A stretch of DNA of 64,000 nucleotides from Candidatus Ozemobacteraceae bacterium (GTDB lineage: Bacteria; Muiribacteriota; Ozemobacteria; Ozemobacterales; Ozemobacteraceae). The position numbers were made by a program, and so were the translations under genes. Each line of letters starts with the position of its first letter. Position 1 is the stretch's first letter. Below are positions 1 to 9,628 of this stretch, piece after piece. The DNA lies in the NCBI GenBank assembly GCA_965140445.1, contig OZ223236.1, positions 4,160,001-4,224,000 on the forward strand, read 5' to 3'. Below the pieces are notes generated by a model. That model worked only from the letters and a program-made list of their open reading frames with translations. It searched no databases and was not told where the DNA came from.

Positions 1-721
1 TTGCATAGTTTTCCCATGTAGTAAGCAACCAAACTATGTTGAAAGATTTTTTCATGGTTTTAATCAGACCATAGGTTTGTCCAATTTTTTTATGAGCTTC
101 AATGCTTAAAGCAAGTGCTTTAGACTCTTTTCCGCTTTCAGAAACCATTCCACCAGCATCAAACGTAAAAACAAACAAACTATGTGCAGCAATAAACTTT
201 GGAGCAAATGGCTTTAACACAAAATACGCTTTAACAACCTTTTCAGGGTCTATAGTTGCTGTTTCCCATCCGTGAACGGCTTTTGTTTCCTTTGATGTGG
301 AATCCTGGGAAATATCCCAACGAACATTTTCTACTTTTAACTTACCTTCATTTTCGCCAACCAGAGCTGGTGCTACCTGATAGGCTTCATAAGCAGGTTC
401 TTCTTTATTTAGTTCAGTTTCACTGATTTCAGTAATTTTTTTAACTTTAATTGTTTCAACGTCATCTGATTTACCAGCTTTTCCCTGAACGGTGACAATT
501 TTATCATCAAATTTTCGGGCTTTTCTTTCCCGCATGAGTAATTGATAAACTCTTCCGTCCTCTGTATTCAATCTGACAATGCCTTTTTCCACGGTCAAAA
601 CGCCAGACAAATTGTAATTGACAGCATAGGGTTTCGCCAGTGCTGGCCCATTGAAAGAGCCGCCAACCAGAGCAGCAACTAATACAAGAATAAAAAGAAA
701 GCTTCTTATTTGCTTCTTCAT
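1..721 (-). CDS. Secreted protein, C-terminal part DUF4105/Lnb-N-like; truncated at the left edge
   Basis: Translated by hand: ATG at 721 with GGAG RBS, MKKQIRSFLFILVLVAALVGG... signal peptide, open to the edge; AAHSLFVFTF...LALSIEA...GQTYGL resembles DUF4105. Confidence 0.6.
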   Translation of the reverse strand, partial: MKKQIRSFLFILVLVAALVGGSFNGPALAKPYAVNYNLSGVLTVEKGIVRLNTEDGRVYQLLMRERKARKFDDKIVTVQGKAGKSDDVETIKVKKITEISETELNKEEPAYEAYQVAPALVGENEGKLKVENVRWDISQDSTSKETKAVHGWETATIDPEKVVKAYFVLKPFAPKFIAAHSLFVFTFDAGGMVSESGKESKALALSIEAHKKIGQTYGLIKTMKKSFNIVWLLTTWENYA

Positions 722-752
722 TTTTTCTCCAAATTCGGTGGATTATTTATTG

Positions 753-781
753 AGTTTAATGAAAAAATGAAAAAGCGTCAA
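753..781 (-). promoter_or_regulatory. Sigma70-type promoter for the left-edge CDS
   Basis: Minus strand TTGACG-17 nt-TAAACT. Confidence 0.55.
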
Positions 782-807
782 TAGCGGTACAAATGAAAAA
801 CCGCTAT
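781..807. terminator. Inverted repeat downstream of fluC
   Basis: ATAGCGGT...ACCGCTAT; weak U tract. Confidence 0.4.
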
Positions 808-835
808 AAAAGAGATGTCTGGTGTGGAAACTAGC

Positions 836-1225
836 CTACTTTTTGAAAAAAACTGCAGCCAGAGAACTACCACCAATAAGCGCCATAACCCCAAAAGTCA
901 TGGAAGCAATTACATATAATGCCGCACTAATCCTGGCTCCATCCACAAACAGCTTAACTGATTCGTTAGAAAATGTGGAAAAGGTGGTTAAGCTACCAAT
1001 AAAGCCAGTTAAAATCATTGCTTCAATGTTCTGAGAGAAAAGCCCTCTGGATACCGCTATCTGGCCCAACAAGCCAATCAAAGCACAGCCAAAAATGTTT
1101 GCAGCAAAAGTGCCAATTGGCAGCTGATGAGTTTGAGAAGCAGCTTTCAATAATTCAGCAATTAGAAATCTTGTTACTGCGCCAAGACTTCCACCTAAAC
1201 CAATGTATAATATTTTTTCCAGCAT
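836..1225 (-). CDS. crcB: Fluoride efflux channel FluC/CrcB
   Basis: GGSLGAVTR, PIGTFAAN and GFIGSLTTFSTF signatures; 4 TM, 129 aa. Confidence 0.95.
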   Translation of the reverse strand: MLEKILYIGLGGSLGAVTRFLIAELLKAASQTHQLPIGTFAANIFGCALIGLLGQIAVSRGLFSQNIEAMILTGFIGSLTTFSTFSNESVKLFVDGARISAALYVIASMTFGVMALIGGSSLAAVFFKK

Positions 1226-1277
1226 TTTTGCTCCTCTAGTTACCTAATTATAACTGTTTAGAAGCATTTTAGCCAAA

Positions 1278-3032
1278 TTATTTCTGATTTGAGTTAATCA
1301 CAGCCATGGCGATTTTGGCAGCGATTTCTCCACCTGGGACAACCAGGCCCAAAGCATCTGCACCTATATCGAACAATGCACTCTCAGAAAGCATATCATC
1401 AAATTTCGCTCGAATCGTCTTTCCGGTGGTCATTTCACCGGTAACGGCATCGATTTCAAAGATCGCCTTTTTCTCCCCATCCTTGTAGGAAAACTCAAAT
1501 GCATAAACGGGCCTGAAAAATAAATCAAATTGTTTGATGATAAATTTCTGACCAATGATTTCTGTCGCATTTAGAGGTTTTAGCAGATCTCGCATCAAAT
1601 CCCGCAATATAATTGAAGCTTTCACTTTCGCTGGCACTATTACCTCTTCGGATTTTTTTAATTCACTCATCGACTTAACCACTCGACAGGGCATTTCTAG
1701 AAGCTTATCAAAATTCTTATTATTACCTGAAACAGCGTCTATACAGACTTTTTTACTTCCTTTATCTATACAATGCTCTTCAAAATTAATTCTAACTTTT
1801 CTCTTTTCAGTTGGAATGATAGTTTCGCCGATTTTTAGCTCCACAACACTTTCTGCGACCTTAATCTCCGTGGAGTTCTCTCTGATGTAATCAATCAGAG
1901 TTTCAAAATCAATAAACCAGAATGGCTCATACCTTACTTCTGAATAAATCAGCTTTATATCATCTTCAGATGGCCTTAACAGAACCCTTGAAAAAAAGTT
2001 TAAAACCTTGTGTTTGCTATTTTCCGCTTTTTTTTGGGCATCTTCGAAACTTATTGTTGGCTTAATCGTTTTGATTAGTGATTTACCGGTGATGACTTCA
2101 CAAACTCCAGATTGCCCAAAGTTTTTTCCTGACCACTCGGAGTCCTTTTCCGAGATTCTTTTTCTCACGATTCCATTTATAGCTGCAAGAATTTGGCCTT
2201 TTAGCCAACTTTTTTCATTAAAAACTGGATTTTCAAAAAACTCGGTTACATTGTCTACACCTATTGCTGCGATGGTTTTTATAACTTCATCTCTAAGTTT
2301 TTCATTTCCAGATAACTCGACCAGCCGACCTAGAAAATATGGGTCTTTCAGATTTTTCAGAACATAGAGTGCAGCCTTAACATTGGCAAAATCGCCGTCC
2401 GCCTCCAGCATTTCCAATAAAGGTTTTCTGGCAAACTCCCGATCCGATTTTCCTATTGCCATGGCTGCTGTAGCTCTAATACGATTAGAGCTGTGCTTTA
2501 ACAATTGTAAAAAAATCGGGATATTTGAAGGCTGCTTGAGCTCAACAAGCCCCTCGATTGCATTTGCAACAATTCTATCATCCGAATAAGTTAAAAAAGA
2601 TCTTATTGAAAACAAGAGCTCTTCGTCCGAAAATCTTTTGGGAAGCCTTTTAACCAGATAAGAAATATGCCTGGGATCAGTACAACTTTCTAAGTATCTG
2701 TATAAAGGAATCCTGAATCTCTCATCAGAAGATTTCAACGCAATTTCCAGGTCCTTGATTCCAAAAGAGCTTTCATCACCGCTTTGAATTCTTTTAAGCA
2801 CTTCTTCATCAGAGTAGTTTCTTTTGTTCTCCTCTAATGCCCGAAATTCGGGAATACATCTGCAGAGTCGTTTTAATTCAAATGAGTCGCCCGCCAGTAT
2901 CTCAAGGATTAGAGCTTCAGGCTCATCCTCACTTATCAAGGAAGGATTTTCCAGATAGAGTTCCAGTATTTTTTTCTGACTATCCGGATTTTGACTAAAA
3001 AGCAATTCTAGCCTTGAAGCTCTATCTTTCAT
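1278..3032 (-). CDS. HEAT-repeat protein with uncharacterised C-terminal domain
   Basis: DDRIVANAIEGL and SNRIRATAAMAIG HEAT-like repeats; C-terminal half internally duplicated. Confidence 0.7.
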   Translation of the reverse strand: MKDRASRLELLFSQNPDSQKKILELYLENPSLISEDEPEALILEILAGDSFELKRLCRCIPEFRALEENKRNYSDEEVLKRIQSGDESSFGIKDLEIALKSSDERFRIPLYRYLESCTDPRHISYLVKRLPKRFSDEELLFSIRSFLTYSDDRIVANAIEGLVELKQPSNIPIFLQLLKHSSNRIRATAAMAIGKSDREFARKPLLEMLEADGDFANVKAALYVLKNLKDPYFLGRLVELSGNEKLRDEVIKTIAAIGVDNVTEFFENPVFNEKSWLKGQILAAINGIVRKRISEKDSEWSGKNFGQSGVCEVITGKSLIKTIKPTISFEDAQKKAENSKHKVLNFFSRVLLRPSEDDIKLIYSEVRYEPFWFIDFETLIDYIRENSTEIKVAESVVELKIGETIIPTEKRKVRINFEEHCIDKGSKKVCIDAVSGNNKNFDKLLEMPCRVVKSMSELKKSEEVIVPAKVKASIILRDLMRDLLKPLNATEIIGQKFIIKQFDLFFRPVYAFEFSYKDGEKKAIFEIDAVTGEMTTGKTIRAKFDDMLSESALFDIGADALGLVVPGGEIAAKIAMAVINSNQK

Positions 3033-3763
3033 ACCTTAGGAGCAGTTGCCACATCATCTGGATTAAGTCCGAGAGTTTTTGCCATTTTTCTGATTCTTGC
3101 AAGACGAGTCAGGTCTGGATGAGTAAAGGAACTCACATCTTCAACCTGTTTGTAATATTGTTTTAAGGCTTTTAAATGAAGCTCATTTACATTTTTGGTA
3201 GATAAGCCTAATGCTGCCCTGATTTTCGCCATTTGTTCCTTTTCTTCAGCGGTAACAATGTCATCTTCAATAACATTATCAATAAGTGTCCAGTAAACAA
3301 GGTTTCTGGCATCAAGAATTTCCTGGTAGCTTGGTTCAAGACAGCCCAATAAAGCTGTTATAATCTTCTTTTCATCCTCATCAATAATATAATCATCTTT
3401 AGTTACCATAAAATAGCACTGAGCGATAAAATTAGTTACAAACCTGTATCCCTCGCCCCAATCGCTCATATCCCAGATCATATCATTCTCTACGATTGCC
3501 ATCTGACAAACCAGATCTTCCGAATTTTTCTTAACATAGATGTAAGCTTTTCCAATACGGCAAAAACCGGCGAAGTTAGATTCTATAAGGTCTTTAGTAG
3601 TTGTCTCTCCCTCCAGCGGAGGAAAATATCTGTATCTCTTTTCAGCTTTTTTAAAAAGAACAATAATGTTCTCCCATAGGCCAAGTTTCTTTTGAAGAGC
3701 TTCACCTTTTTCCATGTAGCTCTCTGCATAATCACTTAAAAATTGAACTCTCTTTAAAAGCAT
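3029..3763 (-). CDS. Hypothetical protein, TerB-like helical repeats
   Basis: KDDYIIDEDEKK and EDDIVTAEEKEQM resemble TerB acidic motifs; ATGA overlap with next gene. Confidence 0.5.
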   Translation of the reverse strand: MLLKRVQFLSDYAESYMEKGEALQKKLGLWENIIVLFKKAEKRYRYFPPLEGETTTKDLIESNFAGFCRIGKAYIYVKKNSEDLVCQMAIVENDMIWDMSDWGEGYRFVTNFIAQCYFMVTKDDYIIDEDEKKIITALLGCLEPSYQEILDARNLVYWTLIDNVIEDDIVTAEEKEQMAKIRAALGLSTKNVNELHLKALKQYYKQVEDVSSFTHPDLTRLARIRKMAKTLGLNPDDVATAPKV

Positions 3764-3784
3764 TCTAGAACTCCTGCCGATTTT

Positions 3785-4921
3785 TTATTTTTTGTCTTCT
3801 TGTTTTCTGGCGTAAAGAAAAGAAGCAAATAGTGCGGTAATAGGAATAGCAAGGACCATGCCAAACAATCCTGCCAATGATCTTACAATTTCCGAACAGA
3901 TAAACTCCATATTCATAATTTTAATCAATGGAAAGTCTTCTCTTTGCATTGCAAACAAAAGAATCAGTGAAAGAGAAGCTCCTGTATAAGCCAATATCAA
4001 GGTATTTACCATTGATCCGATAATATCTCGACCTATATTCATCCCACTATTGAAAAGATCTTTATTTTTGTATTCAGGATTGGCAATTGCTATCTCCTGA
4101 AGGGATGATGCAATTGAAATTGCGACATCCATGACCGCACCAAGTGCGCCAATTATAATCCCACTGACTAAGATGCCTTTTAAATCGATCTTAGCGTTTA
4201 ACATCTGTAAATAGGTGCTTTCATGGCCTGTATATCCAGATAAGACGAGCAAATTAGAGGCAATCCAACCAAAAAAGCCAGCCATTATAACCCCAGACAA
4301 GGTTCCAGCTATAGCAACCAGAGTCTTTTTTGTTTTTCCGGCAATGAAGAATAAATTAATCAACGCAATAGCAATTGAAGAAATAACTGCAAGTAATATT
4401 GGGGAATAGCCAGCTAAAAGCATTTTGGACATGAATCCAAAAATTATAATCAGTGTGAAAAACAATGCCACCATTGCTTTCATTCCCTGGATTCCTGCTA
4501 TTAAAGCAATCATAACAATTATCAGCATAGTTAATGCCATTAATTTACGTGTTTTAAAATGCTCGTCAATTCCTACCACCAGCTGCCCATCGTGCTTTTC
4601 CGCAATAGCTAATACCACATCTCCGGTTGCAATATTAAGATTATAAGCAGAATTAGGACCTTCAAAATGCTCTGTTTCAAGAGTTTGCCCGGAAAATTCT
4701 CCTGCGAGAAAATGAAGTTTAACAAGCCAGCTTTTCTCTGATGATCCTTCAACATCTCCCAAAGGTGGAAGCTCAGCAATACTATCAATTCTTGCTCTTG
4801 CATAACTACCTTCTGAAACACTGCCAAAGGTGTAAAATATAAGAGCAAACATGAAAGCAAAACCAATAATGTAAATTGCCGTGTTTAACAACTTATTGGA
4901 GTTGGATTTTTTTTCTACCAT
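3785..4921 (-). CDS. YibE/F family membrane protein
   Basis: GALGAVMDVAISIAS, SGMNIGRDIIGSMVNTLILAY and EIVRSL motifs. Confidence 0.9.
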   Translation of the reverse strand: MVEKKSNSNKLLNTAIYIIGFAFMFALIFYTFGSVSEGSYARARIDSIAELPPLGDVEGSSEKSWLVKLHFLAGEFSGQTLETEHFEGPNSAYNLNIATGDVVLAIAEKHDGQLVVGIDEHFKTRKLMALTMLIIVMIALIAGIQGMKAMVALFFTLIIIFGFMSKMLLAGYSPILLAVISSIAIALINLFFIAGKTKKTLVAIAGTLSGVIMAGFFGWIASNLLVLSGYTGHESTYLQMLNAKIDLKGILVSGIIIGALGAVMDVAISIASSLQEIAIANPEYKNKDLFNSGMNIGRDIIGSMVNTLILAYTGASLSLILLFAMQREDFPLIKIMNMEFICSEIVRSLAGLFGMVLAIPITALFASFLYARKQEDKK

Positions 4922-6051
4922 ATTCTTTCAGGGATCTGCGATTCCAGATAATTCTCATAACGATCTGAAATAGCCCAGAACAAATCTATTCCTGTCTGAT
5001 TTTCAATTTCATCAATGCTGGTTAAGAACTGCTCAAGAGATTCTCTCCCCTTAACGGTCTGAGGGATAATAAATGGCAAAGCTCTTAATTTCCCATCCTT
5101 TTCATCAATCAATATCTTAAAGAAAGCGTCTGGAATTTCAACTCCAGATTTTAGTCTCTCTATATGATCATCAAAAATAGGACCAGTTACGACCCAAACT
5201 GTTTCACACTTATTTGCGAGATCAGCTTCCAGGGATTCCAGCCTCTGCCAAACTTTTCTATTCAACTTAGGTTTTTGAGGGGTAATATTGCTCATCATAA
5301 ATGTTTCAATCTGTGCCTCACGGCCAAAACGATCTGAAATTGATGAGTTTGGAGCCATATGCCCCCTATCATACCCTGACTTAGTATAATCTCTCTGCTT
5401 GACCATCGAATCTGTTCGCGGATCTGGTTTAAAGCCACCAGGTCGCTTATATGGGTCCGTATCTTCCATATAATCCAGTCGGTAACAAACCCATATTGGA
5501 TTTTTATGGCGCTCAGAATACCCCACATAATAGCCAATATTATGTAAAATTTTTAAAGATTCTGAATCCTTTGTATAACGAGGAATCCCGCCAAAAACAA
5601 TATTTTTTTCTTCTTTGTTTATTGCTTTTACGCCATCTTCGAAAAGGCAAAAGGAAGCTGTTTCCGCTTCTTCTGGCACCTTAGGATCTTTTTCCGGTGT
5701 GGTTTCAGGTGTCGGATCTGGATCACGAACAAGTTCTTCCGGAGGTTTTGGAGCAGGTTTATCGATGACCGGCTCTTTAACTTCCGGAATAGAAACAGGC
5801 GTGATAATAGTCGAAGTAGCGGTCTTTATACCAGGATTTATCTTATTTTTATCCGCTGAATTCTGTTCAGACTTAACTTTACCGATAACGGCAGTTGGCT
5901 TCTGCTGTTGCTCATGAGAGTTTTCAGATTTTTTCGGGGAAAAAAGAAAACTCAGGCCAAATCCAAATACTATTAGCAAAAAGACCAGTAAAACAAGTTT
6001 TACAGAACCATTTTTTTTACACTTTTTTTTCAGATTCATTCCTGTTTCCAC
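4915..6051 (-). CDS. Membrane-anchored DNA/RNA non-specific endonuclease (NucA/EndoG family)
   Basis: GYDRGHMAP and SNITPQ...LNRKVW active-site motifs; N-terminal TM and Pro-rich linker. Confidence 0.92.
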   Translation of the reverse strand: METGMNLKKKCKKNGSVKLVLLVFLLIVFGFGLSFLFSPKKSENSHEQQQKPTAVIGKVKSEQNSADKNKINPGIKTATSTIITPVSIPEVKEPVIDKPAPKPPEELVRDPDPTPETTPEKDPKVPEEAETASFCLFEDGVKAINKEEKNIVFGGIPRYTKDSESLKILHNIGYYVGYSERHKNPIWVCYRLDYMEDTDPYKRPGGFKPDPRTDSMVKQRDYTKSGYDRGHMAPNSSISDRFGREAQIETFMMSNITPQKPKLNRKVWQRLESLEADLANKCETVWVVTGPIFDDHIERLKSGVEIPDAFFKILIDEKDGKLRALPFIIPQTVKGRESLEQFLTSIDEIENQTGIDLFWAISDRYENYLESQIPERIW

Positions 6052-6057
6052 TTTGAC

Positions 6058-6450
6058 CTAATCAGCCATTTTTTTCATTTTTCTGACAGGAACAATTTCC
6101 AACCAGTAATTGTCTGGATCACTTATGAAATAGATTCCCATATCTTTGTTTTCATAGCAGATACAACCCATTTCTTTATGCAAAGCATAAGCCCCATCAA
6201 AATCATCAGTGGTAAAAGCAAGATGAAACTCATTATCTCCGAGATTGTATGCTTCTTTCCGGTCTCGAAGCCATGTAAGTTCAAGGCGATGTCCAGTTTC
6301 TCCATCTCCGAGATAAATTAAAGTAAAGCTACCATCTTGTGCATCATGACGCCGAACCTCTTTAAGGCCCAATGCTTTCTGATAAAAGTTTAAGCTTTTT
6401 TCAAGGTCAAGAACATTAATATTATTATGGTTAAATTTGAATTCTGGCAT
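6058..6450 (-). CDS. gloA: Lactoylglutathione lyase (glyoxalase I, VOC fold)
   Basis: NHNNINVLDLEKSLNFY, LELTW, HLAF and DPDNYWLE motifs. Confidence 0.85.
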   Translation of the reverse strand: MPEFKFNHNNINVLDLEKSLNFYQKALGLKEVRRHDAQDGSFTLIYLGDGETGHRLELTWLRDRKEAYNLGDNEFHLAFTTDDFDGAYALHKEMGCICYENKDMGIYFISDPDNYWLEIVPVRKMKKMAD

Positions 6451-6465
6451 TTGTTTTTTCCTGTT

Positions 6466-8403
6466 TTAAAGTTTTTTATTATGCTCACATGATAGGACTT
6501 TTTTTACAACCGCACAAACGGTATCACAGCTCAAATCATGTTTAAGTGTCATGGTTTTAAAGTCTCTTGCAGACTGAAGGTAGTGTTTTACGCCAATTCT
6601 TACCGGGCTTTTAAATCCAATTGAAGAAATGAAGCTTCCCAGGCCACCCTCTCTACGATGGCTTTCAAGAGTAAAAACTTTTTTTGCTTTTTCTAACATC
6701 TTTTTAATCAAATTTTTCCGATCTGAAAAGTGTGAAATAGCAGCAATTGAGATGCTAATACCTTGTTCCATAAGCGTTTTTTGTGAGTCTAGTGCTGTTT
6801 TAAGCATGTGCGGTCCTGCTGTAACGAGCAAATTCTCTCTCGAATCATTTTCAGTTGAATCGTAAAAAATGGGGGTATCCGGTTCAAAAAAATCATAATT
6901 GCTAAGTTGTTCAGACAACGGCGTTCTATGAAGCCTTATATACGCAGGAGTAGCTTTCCCACTGGCCTCTACTTCATTCTTCATCCTACCAATAATATAC
7001 TCGAGTATTTTTTCTGATTGCTCTGGTGATATGGGTTCAAAAACTTCAATATTACCTAGAGCTCTCATAAGACCAATATCATTCACAGACTGGTGACTTT
7101 TCCCGTCAGTAAAATAATCAACCCCTGCATAGTGACCGGCAAAAATAACTGGAACCTTTTCAGTTATGCAGCAATAAATTTGATCAATAGCTCTTTTAAA
7201 AAATGATGCGTAAGTATTTACAATGGCAATTCCACCATTTAGACCAATACCATTAGCTATGGAGCACATGTCCTGCTCACTAATTCCTACTTCCAGAAAA
7301 CGATCGGGAAACTCTTCGGCAAGGCTGGTTAAGCGGCATGATTTTTCAAGATCTGCATCTAAGAAGTAAAGTTCAGAAGCTTGATGTCCAAGCTTTTTTA
7401 AAGACTCACCAAAGGCTTGTCCCGTTGATTGCAGAGCGTTTTTTTCTGACTCAGCAGTTGGACAACCATCAACTGTTTCAGGTTTGAAATCCGAACAATA
7501 ATTCGAGAAAAGACTTGAAAGTTCTTCATCATTGCAGCGATCAACAAGTTCAGACAGAACTTCTAAATACTGCTTATCGTCTGGAATAGCTCCATGCCAA
7601 ATTCCACACCTTCTTGGGGTTTCTGGAGACATTTGAGTCAAAGAGGTTCCTGCGCCTTTAATGGTGTTAGAGATAATAACCGTTGGAACTCTGGATTTTA
7701 AAATTGAGTTAACTGCAGATGAAATTTCGCCAACATTATGCCCGTCAACTTCTAAAACATTTGCCCCAATCCCTTCAAAGACCTTAGCCCAGCTTTCAGC
7801 GTCTTTAATGTCTTTTGTTGAGCTATCAGACTGGAGACCGTTTCGGTCAATTATCGGGATGCATTCGTACATCCCCCATTTTCGCCAGGTTAAAAACGAT
7901 TCAAAGAGTTGTCCTTCCTGGAGCTCGCCATCACCAATTAAAACAAAAACTGGATGATTTCTATTTCTACTTCGGTTCATTACAGAAATTCCAAGGCCCT
8001 TAGATAGTCCCTGCCCCAGAGACCCACTATCAGCATCCACACCTGAAACGGCTCTATCAGAGTGTGCTGGCAACTTTCCAAATTGTTTGTACCCTAATAA
8101 GTCAGAGACGGGAAAACACTCTTTGCCTGCAAGAACAGCATAATGCGCCATGGCAGCATGCCCCTTTGAAAGAACTACGGCAGGTCTGTCAGTTAGAGTT
8201 TTAGAAACATCATCAATAAACTGGTTATAAATGGTTGTCAGAATTTCCATAGAAGAGAAACTTGCTCCCAACCAACCATGATTAGCCTCTTTTAGTCCAG
8301 CAAGACAATTAATTCGATTCAAATCTGATAGTTTTTGTAAATCAGTATGGTCACCAGAGGAGTATTTTTTGAGAATTTCAATTGGAACCAGGAACTTTTT
8401 CAT
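6466..8403 (-). CDS. Transketolase family TPP enzyme (single chain)
   Basis: LSKGH, GSLGQGLS, GDGELQEG...IDRN TPP motif; GISEQ and DGKSHQ pyrimidine-binding domain. Confidence 0.85.
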   Translation of the reverse strand: MKKFLVPIEILKKYSSGDHTDLQKLSDLNRINCLAGLKEANHGWLGASFSSMEILTTIYNQFIDDVSKTLTDRPAVVLSKGHAAMAHYAVLAGKECFPVSDLLGYKQFGKLPAHSDRAVSGVDADSGSLGQGLSKGLGISVMNRSRNRNHPVFVLIGDGELQEGQLFESFLTWRKWGMYECIPIIDRNGLQSDSSTKDIKDAESWAKVFEGIGANVLEVDGHNVGEISSAVNSILKSRVPTVIISNTIKGAGTSLTQMSPETPRRCGIWHGAIPDDKQYLEVLSELVDRCNDEELSSLFSNYCSDFKPETVDGCPTAESEKNALQSTGQAFGESLKKLGHQASELYFLDADLEKSCRLTSLAEEFPDRFLEVGISEQDMCSIANGIGLNGGIAIVNTYASFFKRAIDQIYCCITEKVPVIFAGHYAGVDYFTDGKSHQSVNDIGLMRALGNIEVFEPISPEQSEKILEYIIGRMKNEVEASGKATPAYIRLHRTPLSEQLSNYDFFEPDTPIFYDSTENDSRENLLVTAGPHMLKTALDSQKTLMEQGISISIAAISHFSDRKNLIKKMLEKAKKVFTLESHRREGGLGSFISSIGFKSPVRIGVKHYLQSARDFKTMTLKHDLSCDTVCAVVKKVLSCEHNKKL

Positions 8404-8549
8404 GACTTTTTCCTCTTTTAGTTTTCGTTATTCTATCAGTAAAATAAAGGTTTTAGAACAAATTTAAGCCAGGATTATTATTAAATAAACCTGAAGCTCA
8501 AGCAATTTTCTGTATACTCTTAACAAATAAAATCAAAGGGGTAATTATA

Positions 8550-8756
8550 ATGAACGGATGGCACTGCATGAAATGTCAAAACCAAACATTTGATCAAGGT
8601 GAAATGAGAGCAACGGGCGGATTCTTTTCCAAGCTGTTTGATATTCAAACAAACAAATTTACCACAGTAACCTGCAAGAACTGTGGTTTTACTGAACTTT
8701 ATAAAAGATCGAGCAGTATGGCTGGCAATGTACTTGATTTTTTGGTTGGTAAATAA
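8550..8756 (+). CDS. Small zinc-ribbon protein (DUF2082-like)
   Basis: CMKC...ATGGFFSKLFDIQ...CKNCGFTELY. Confidence 0.85.
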   Translation: MNGWHCMKCQNQTFDQGEMRATGGFFSKLFDIQTNKFTTVTCKNCGFTELYKRSSSMAGNVLDFLVGK

Positions 8757-8763
8757 TTGAGAT

Positions 8764-9111
8764 TTACATACTAATTATTTTGTAACCTTGTTCTAGCCAG
8801 GTTGAAAAAGCAGGATGCCCTGACATTTCTCCTAATATTGTCAGGCCCTGTTTTTCGGCTTCCTTGATGGTGCCCATCTTTGTAGCACAAGCCTTACAAA
8901 TTCCGGCAAGAATACCTTTTTCCTTAATTTCTCTGTATTGTGATGAGAATGGTGTATCAGATTCTTTAAGTTTTTCTATTAGAGCTGTTGCGGAGCCTTC
9001 AATGATGAGCTTAACATCGAAGCCCTTTTTATTTAACTCAAGAGCATTTAGTAAAGCGTGGGCAAAACACATCAATTCTCCCTGAAAGGCAAAAATAGCT
9101 ATTTTTTCCAT
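8764..9111 (-). CDS. DsrE family protein
   Basis: CFAHALLNA, IIEGSA, ICKACA and SGHP motifs. Confidence 0.8.
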   Translation of the reverse strand: MEKIAIFAFQGELMCFAHALLNALELNKKGFDVKLIIEGSATALIEKLKESDTPFSSQYREIKEKGILAGICKACATKMGTIKEAEKQGLTILGEMSGHPAFSTWLEQGYKIISM

Positions 9112-9225
9112 GAGTAACTTCTCCAGTATTTTTTTGTAATAATATCATAATGTCATAAATTCAACTGAATTTGAAACCTTTGCGTATTTATGGTACTAAG
9201 TTAAATCACTTTATCCGGAGCACAA

Positions 9226-9558
9226 ATGAGCAATTTCAAAAGTAAAGAACTGTTTCGCGAATTTCTCTCGGTAATGTATATGATCGAAATCTATTGCTCG
9301 TGGAAACACCAGGAATCTACAAATCCTTGCTCTGATTGCCTTGATCTCATTGAATATGCAAAAAACAGGCTTACGAAATGCCCTTTTCAAGATAGCAAAC
9401 CAGCTTGCCGAAACTGTAAGATTCATTGCTATCAAGAACCCTATAAATCAAAAATAAAGCAGGTTATGAGGTTTTCCGGCCCATTAATGCTTTTTTATCA
9501 TCCTATTCTTGCGGTAAAGCATCTAGTAAAAGAATTTAAAAAGCCAGTCCCCAGATAA
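9226..9558 (+). CDS. YgbA-like (nitrous oxide-stimulated promoter family) Cys-rich protein
   Basis: MIEIYC...RLTKCPF..KPACRNCKIHCY...VMRFSGP..HP. Confidence 0.85.
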   Translation: MSNFKSKELFREFLSVMYMIEIYCSWKHQESTNPCSDCLDLIEYAKNRLTKCPFQDSKPACRNCKIHCYQEPYKSKIKQVMRFSGPLMLFYHPILAVKHLVKEFKKPVPR

Positions 9559-9628
9559 CCGCCATATATTCTCCCTGTCCTTTCTAAATCTAAAATCCTA
9601 GCCAAAACAAAAGAGCGCAAATTTCTTA

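Noticed and set aside
1226..1277. Fluoride riboswitch upstream of crcB
   Set aside because: Only 52 nt of AT-rich spacer with no recognisable crcB-motif core
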